DNA of 59,859 nt, filler included, from Sanchytrium tribonematis (taxonomy: Eukaryota): the NCBI GenBank assembly GCA_018985235.1. It is 5 parts of 5 records of this genome, joined end to end, with 100 filler letters (N's around TTAATTAATTAA, not from the genome) between each part and the next. Parts side by side here need not be neighbours in the genome. Positions count along the whole stretch, not along the records: positions 47,986 to 59,859 come from JADGIG010000243.1; 4 more parts are not named here. One strand, given 5' to 3'. The position numbers were made by a program, and so were the translations under genes. Positions within the stretch are counted from its first letter, which is position 1, and every line of letters begins with the position of its first letter. The notes beneath the pieces are model-generated. The model was not told where the DNA came from. It did no database searches and saw nothing but the letters and a program-made list of their open reading frames with translations. Positions 55,801 through 59,859 of this stretch are shown in pieces.

Positions 55801-56915
55801 ATAGTTTTTTCTAGCTCTTCATTTTCTGATTTGATCTGCTTCAACTTTGCTTCGGAAGAATGTTTTTTGGCATTTTCCTGCTGAATTTCAATTTGAATTT
55901 CTTTTAAACTTAAAATAATGGAATCTTTTTTAGAAATTAAATCTCGTTGCTTTGATTCTTGAAAATCGGAGAGCTCCTTGACTTTCTGCTCATAGTTAGA
56001 CTGAATACTTTCCATTTCTTGCTGCAATAAGATTATATCTTCCTTTTTAGTTTTAATTTCATTTCTAAGCGTAACCTCTTCTGCGATAGGATCAGTTGTT
56101 AAAATACCAAAAAATGAGTCGTCGTTAGTGGCAGGGTTGTTAAATAAATCTGGCGAAATTTCTTTCTCGTCTGAAAGCCCTCTTTCCTCCTCAATTTTAA
56201 CGCTATGCTTTATCATGGAATTTTCATTCTTTGCTTCTAAAAGATTTTCTTCTAATTCCAAATTTTCTTTTTTTAAAATGTTCAGAGATTTGCTCAAATC
56301 TTCTTTTTGCTGTTCTAAATCTACTTTGCTTGCTCGAATTGTGGATAGTTCTGCTTCAATTTTTACATTATGCGCCTGCGATTCCTCAATTAGTTTTTTC
56401 GAATTGATAAGCTTAAAATTCTGATCTTTGATCTCTGATTCTTGTGACATGTTTGAATTGACTAGTTCGTCGAATTTGGTTTGTAACACATCCCTTTCTT
56501 GTTCCTCTTTAGTAATATCACTTTCTAATAACTCTAGTTCTTCTTTGATAACTTGTTTTTTAGACTTAGTTGACTCAATTAAGCTGACCAAATCTTCAAG
56601 TTCCTTTTGCTGATCTCCCAACAATGTTGTTTGTTTTTCTAAAGTGTTAAAATTTTCCAAAGATGATTTTTGATGGTTTAGTAAATTTTCTAATTCATTT
56701 ATGCGATCATCCTTAGCTGCTATTAGATTCTGCAATTCTTGAGAGTGTTCAAAAGACACTGAACTTAATAAATGTACAACTTTGGCTAATAAATCGTCGT
56801 CGTCATCTGTGGTGAATATTTTATCGTCTTTTTGAATGGATTTCCGTTTTTCTTGAAGCTTTTTAAATTTTGACCTACCAGCAGCTAATTTTTGGCTGCG
56901 GTCTGCAGAGTCCAT
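52821..56915 (-). CDS. Pericentrin/AKAP450/Pcp1-like centrosomal coiled-coil protein with a PACT domain
   Basis: N-terminal RSQKLAAGRSKFKKLQ; long coiled coil; C-terminal YLKELYFRKDLQYQKQYL...KFRMAAWMLIAIHRM. Confidence 0.85.
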   Translation of the reverse strand: MDSADRSQKLAAGRSKFKKLQEKRKSIQKDDKIFTTDDDDDLLAKVVHLLSSVSFEHSQELQNLIAAKDDRINELENLLNHQKSSLENFNTLEKQTTLLGDQQKELEDLVSLIESTKSKKQVIKEELELLESDITKEEQERDVLQTKFDELVNSNMSQESEIKDQNFKLINSKKLIEESQAHNVKIEAELSTIRASKVDLEQQKEDLSKSLNILKKENLELEENLLEAKNENSMIKHSVKIEEERGLSDEKEISPDLFNNPATNDDSFFGILTTDPIAEEVTLRNEIKTKKEDIILLQQEMESIQSNYEQKVKELSDFQESKQRDLISKKDSIILSLKEIQIEIQQENAKKHSSEAKLKQIKSENEELEKTMLSTRLLDDNESHLNDSISTAKDFSDQLKLQLDSLNEQINLAEEEKSDLDTQLGTIMKNIEETETQLDIAKNRLVYLEEELHSKVTKLEAVTSEVNSAETTIKDLEIKLNQKVEFTNTIQENANQNLSELMLKQESVDKEISKLQSKLAEKNKKLVALNAQITQEQYDESSAKYFDLDAEHKSLVQNITNKQKEILEAKQEGLIKLKTIKQEYDMVIDQIHKYKLDSHLLKVYNVLKFVANPTFKNIPKLEKYIPKEIKSLKIPDISKIPELNIEYSGPKIQQSSSSMIIGEMIDKLRSIDYTIPVIDISQIEKDVQERLQIEKTLKTNTDLMQFLNNKNKDIVSQIELVKRGIVENESTLESAQINLVRLDDEVFNLTEDIQNQKSVIQSLQAESEELQLQQENLTNEIEGMINENETLAQEQLRTEKMQENLNATLREMQLQLESDFKSISNEIEELKIEYPNLIDISLENGYKSEHGLVLDLQKVLQTLNEVKSQKIQLEQETIHISEKNEELAANLSNTKETVSATEFELEQELIKWQELISQYSNQKIYQVSDMKNVAQMILSELGSLRIDLAKKYEELQQDNDDYQEMIDKLQENLKLCGAQVSLMESKADKLETEISTEQTRMVALQSDYDDILLKKKKIRAELNQINMEYQELMQDLQREKQKRDDLLHIIANIENDVVNLEQDREELEEEPTMTEAPSLDNLKEFTSDSISIIRNIISTVVKEDEIYMNNLDSILLQEDPNILQRLDEIKGCLVNKNQQLSEFMEKLEQVKTPISSKESLDPQSPEQAQKTYDLDKHVKSLENVISQQMLEISQHKVHIQTLQSRLDDFFDAEQTITILEKEKREISEVLIEFKNHQDAIINENSLIKLEKLKLEQELRHYHQLKDQNRDYERQIAILLKKVNMNDLSKSTKYKSQYLKELYFRKDLQYQKQYLQREYQILLKKWGLVQHHLPLSPYPIRLNKFRMAAWMLIAIHRMKMKRIET

Positions 56916-56973
56916 TGTTTCGAAAATTATTGCAAATCATCAAAAGTCAAATTTTGTTTAAAACATTGGAGCT

Positions 56974-58877
56974 ATGCAAAGCACCAGCGAAATGGTTAGT
57001 GTTGATGAGCCTAAAAGAAAACGTAAGCCAAATGTGGTGAAAAAGCTTAAAAGTATCTTTGATAAGATACAGCCAGAACATAACAAAATCCTAGTAATAC
57101 AACCAGGAAGTCATTTTATTCGCATTGGATTAGCTGATCAATTGGTTTGTCAAACCTACCATCATTGCATTGCTCACCCAAGTGAAAAAGACAAACCTAT
57201 CGAATTTTATTATCCAGAGGAAGAAATTGAATATTCGCGCCAAGAAGTTTTACAGTATGTCAAAAAGCATAAAGTACGACCAATCCCAAATGGCAAAGTG
57301 AATGCTTCAAACTTTAACTCCAGTAGTCAGCAAATTGAGCTTGAGGATTACAATGATGCTTTTCTAATTGATTTTATAGAACCCACCAAAGGCACCCAAA
57401 ATTTAGACGCCAATGGCAATACTGATCCAATGGATGTGGATCAACCCGAATATTATGTTGGAGAGAAGGCAAGGAGAATCGCTTCCCTACACCACACTTA
57501 TCCTGGATCAAATACCTTTAAACTTTTTTATCCAATTCTTTACGGGCTTCCAAACATCAGAGACTACTCATCTATAGAAGCAATTAAAAACGATCTTTAT
57601 AAGATCTGGACTTTTCACGCTCTCAAATTAGTGGATAATTTTAAAGATTATTTCGTTATGCTGGTGGTAGATGATTTATTAGACAGAAAAACATTGGGCA
57701 TCTACGCTTCGGTACTTATGGATATGATGGAATGTGCTGGAATCCAGCTGCTACATACCAGTGCATGCTGTGGTTTAGCAACTGGCTGGTCAACTACGTG
57801 TGTGGTTGACATTGGTGCCCAAAAAACATCAATCGCATGTGTTGAAAATGGGCTCTCACTTCCCTATAGCCGGATTTATTTGCCAGTCGGTGGTGATGAT
57901 ATCACATTATATTTGAGCTACCTTCTTACAGGCATAAATTTTCCAAAATTGAGCATTGATTCAAAGCCATGGCAATATGATGTGATTGAAGATATTAAAA
58001 AGAATTTTGTTTCTCTAGAGCCACAAGAACTAAAATTGCAGCAATGTGAGATGTATTTAAGAGATTATCAATGCAAAACGGTTAAAATGGAATTTAAAAT
58101 GTTTGATCAGCAAATAATTGCACCTTTTGTACTTCTTTACTTATATAGTTGTTATTTAATGACCATCTATTTGATACTCATGAGAAGCTCAATGATTTCA
58201 AGAAAAATATTTGTCTCTTTGTGGATGATCCAGACATGGGCATCACAGTGGAACGAATTAAACATTTGTGGAATAGAGTCTTCATTAACAAGAGTGAAGA
58301 TGAAAAAATTGGAAGAAAAGAGCAATATAGAAGTAGGAGTAGAGCACCCAATCTGATTACTGGTCTAGTTTGTTTAAATCACTTCAAGAAAGAAGAAAAT
58401 TTACTTCCTGAGGAAAAGGTAATAAAGGTTGAAGATAAAAAGCAAATTGAAGATGTTGAACCTCAGGATAGTGACTCCGACTCTGCTAGCGTCGCTGAAC
58501 AAGAAAATGCAGTCATCTCTTTTAATGAAGACGAGCTGAACAGTTTTTTTAGCGCACCGTTGGATACAGCCATATACCTTAGTTTGGTACGAGCAAGCAT
58601 TGGTCAGCCAGACAAGATTGCCAAGTTTGGGAACAATATCTTGCTGACTGGCGGTGGTGGAAAGCTGAAATACCTCTCCAAGTTTCTAGAAGAAAAGCTT
58701 TCGGAAAAAATTCCTAAAGTGCAATGTAAAAAAGCCCCAAGAGAGTTGGATTCCGAATCTATTGCGTGGCAAGGTGCGGCAGAGACTTCAAAAATAATCG
58801 ATACTTGGGTGACTAAGCAGGAATGGGACATTAAACGAGAATTTGCAATTAATGATAAGGCTTATTTTGTTTGGTAA
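56974..58877 (+). CDS. ARP8: Actin-related protein 8 (INO80 complex); two exons, 56974-58128 and 58149-58877
   Basis: ILVIQPGSHFIRIGLA, CVVDIGAQKTSIACVENG, GGDDIT, APLDTAI, ILLTGGG, APRELDSESIAWQG. Confidence 0.9.
58129..58148 (+). other. 20-nt spliceosomal intron in ARP8
   Basis: GTACTTCTTTACTTATATAG; phase 0; gives QIIAPF|LLFNDHLF. Confidence 0.88.
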
Positions 58878-58929
58878 GCAACAGCATTTATTTTAATTAA
58901 ATCTTAAGAGTTTAATTACTATCATTCAT

Positions 58930-59682
58930 TTATCGATTAGCTTCAATTGCAACTTTACACTCTGGCAAAAGTACTTTTTCTATAACTTGACCTCGGTCTA
59001 ATTTGTATCCTATTTCTGGAAGAATTGGTAGCTTATCCAAAAGTTTGACGTTAAATTGCTCGCACATTTCTTCTACATGTTTCTTTTTGCTAAATAAATG
59101 ACTACACACATCACAGTGAGGACATACATAGCCAGACATATTTTCAATTACACCTAGGACTGGTAGACCAACGCGGTGGCAGAACATTAGTTCCTTTTTG
59201 ACGTCATTCACAGCAACTTTTTGGGGCGTTGTCACAATAATAGAAGATAATGTCGAATCTTTGTTGTTTCTGAGATCATTTGCTTGAAGATATTCCACCA
59301 AAGTCAAATGCTCATCACTAGTACCAGGAGGGCAGTCAATTAGCAAAACATCCAGTTCCGGCCAATTTGTCTGAGAGATAAATTGCATAATTAAAGCATT
59401 TTTCTTCGGACCACGCCAAATTACAGGATCATCTTGATTTTCCATTAGAAATGAGATTGACATGATATACACGTTGTGTTTAAAAACTGGCTCCCATCCG
59501 CTTTCGCTCATCCTAATCGACTCATTCAAACAGCCCATCATCCTACTTTGTGAAGGACCACAAAGATCAACATCGAGTATTCCAACATGTTTAGTCTTTG
59601 ATAATTGATGCGCCAAAATCGATGTGCACGAACTTTTTCCACAACCACCTTTTCCGCTCAAAATTAAAATTATTTGGGTCAT
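58930..59682 (-). CDS. CFD1: Cytosolic Fe-S cluster assembly factor Cfd1/NUBP2
   Basis: LSGKGGCGKS, DVDLCGPS, WRGPKK, DCPPGTSDEH, ENMSGYVCPHC; no N-terminal Cys cluster as in Nbp35. Confidence 0.92.
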   Translation of the reverse strand: MTQIILILSGKGGCGKSSCTSILAHQLSKTKHVGILDVDLCGPSQSRMMGCLNESIRMSESGWEPVFKHNVYIMSISFLMENQDDPVIWRGPKKNALIMQFISQTNWPELDVLLIDCPPGTSDEHLTLVEYLQANDLRNNKDSTLSSIIVTTPQKVAVNDVKKELMFCHRVGLPVLGVIENMSGYVCPHCDVCSHLFSKKKHVEEMCEQFNVKLLDKLPILPEIGYKLDRGQVIEKVLLPECKVAIEANR

Positions 59683-59859
59683 TCTGAAGGGGTAAATTTT
59701 GTTGAATTATATTGCTCCATTTGTACATATAGTTTTCCTGATTTCCAGTTATATCCATGGAGTTTGATGTTTATCGATTTACTAAACTCGGAATATTTGC
59801 AAATCGTGCCAATCTGAGAGTCGACGATTTATCGCTTATCGGGTAGAATGGGTATAAAT

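Noticed and set aside
47986..56915. ASPM-like and PACT-domain centrosomal genes on one contig as a functional cluster
   Set aside because: Separated by unrelated genes; chance proximity is likely in a gene-dense genome

Overview
Five separate eukaryotic contigs of about 11.9 kb each (1-11910, 12011-23916, 24017-35903, 36004-47885, 47986-59859), in descending length order, joined by artificial 100-nt N/TTAATTAATTAA/N linkers, so gene order across linkers is meaningless. Gene content (White Collar-1-like LOV protein, Rxt3, Bot1/mS45, fungal-type histone H4, plus ASPM and a PACT-domain centrosomal protein) suggests an early-diverging fungus or close relative with an extremely compact, AT-rich genome using the standard code; the taxon is an inference. 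Contigs 1, 4 and 5 are densely packed housekeeping genes. The main finding is that six of these genes (TXNL1, SGF73, ATP3, NUP57, WC-1, ARP8) are each split by an ultra-short 19-20 nt GT-AG intron with the shared consensus GTA...TWATNYAG, which places a putative branch-point A at -6. Contigs 2 and 3 look accessory. They contain a near-intact non-LTR retrotransposon with a ubiquitin-like domain ending in LKGG directly before its endonuclease, decayed LINE, hAT and Harbinger remnants, a Merlin transposon nested in a hAT-type MITE with both TSDs visible, and two families of signal-peptide proteins, one resembling CmcJ/NvfI-type oxygenases. All calls are from visual motif recognition; no database searches were run.
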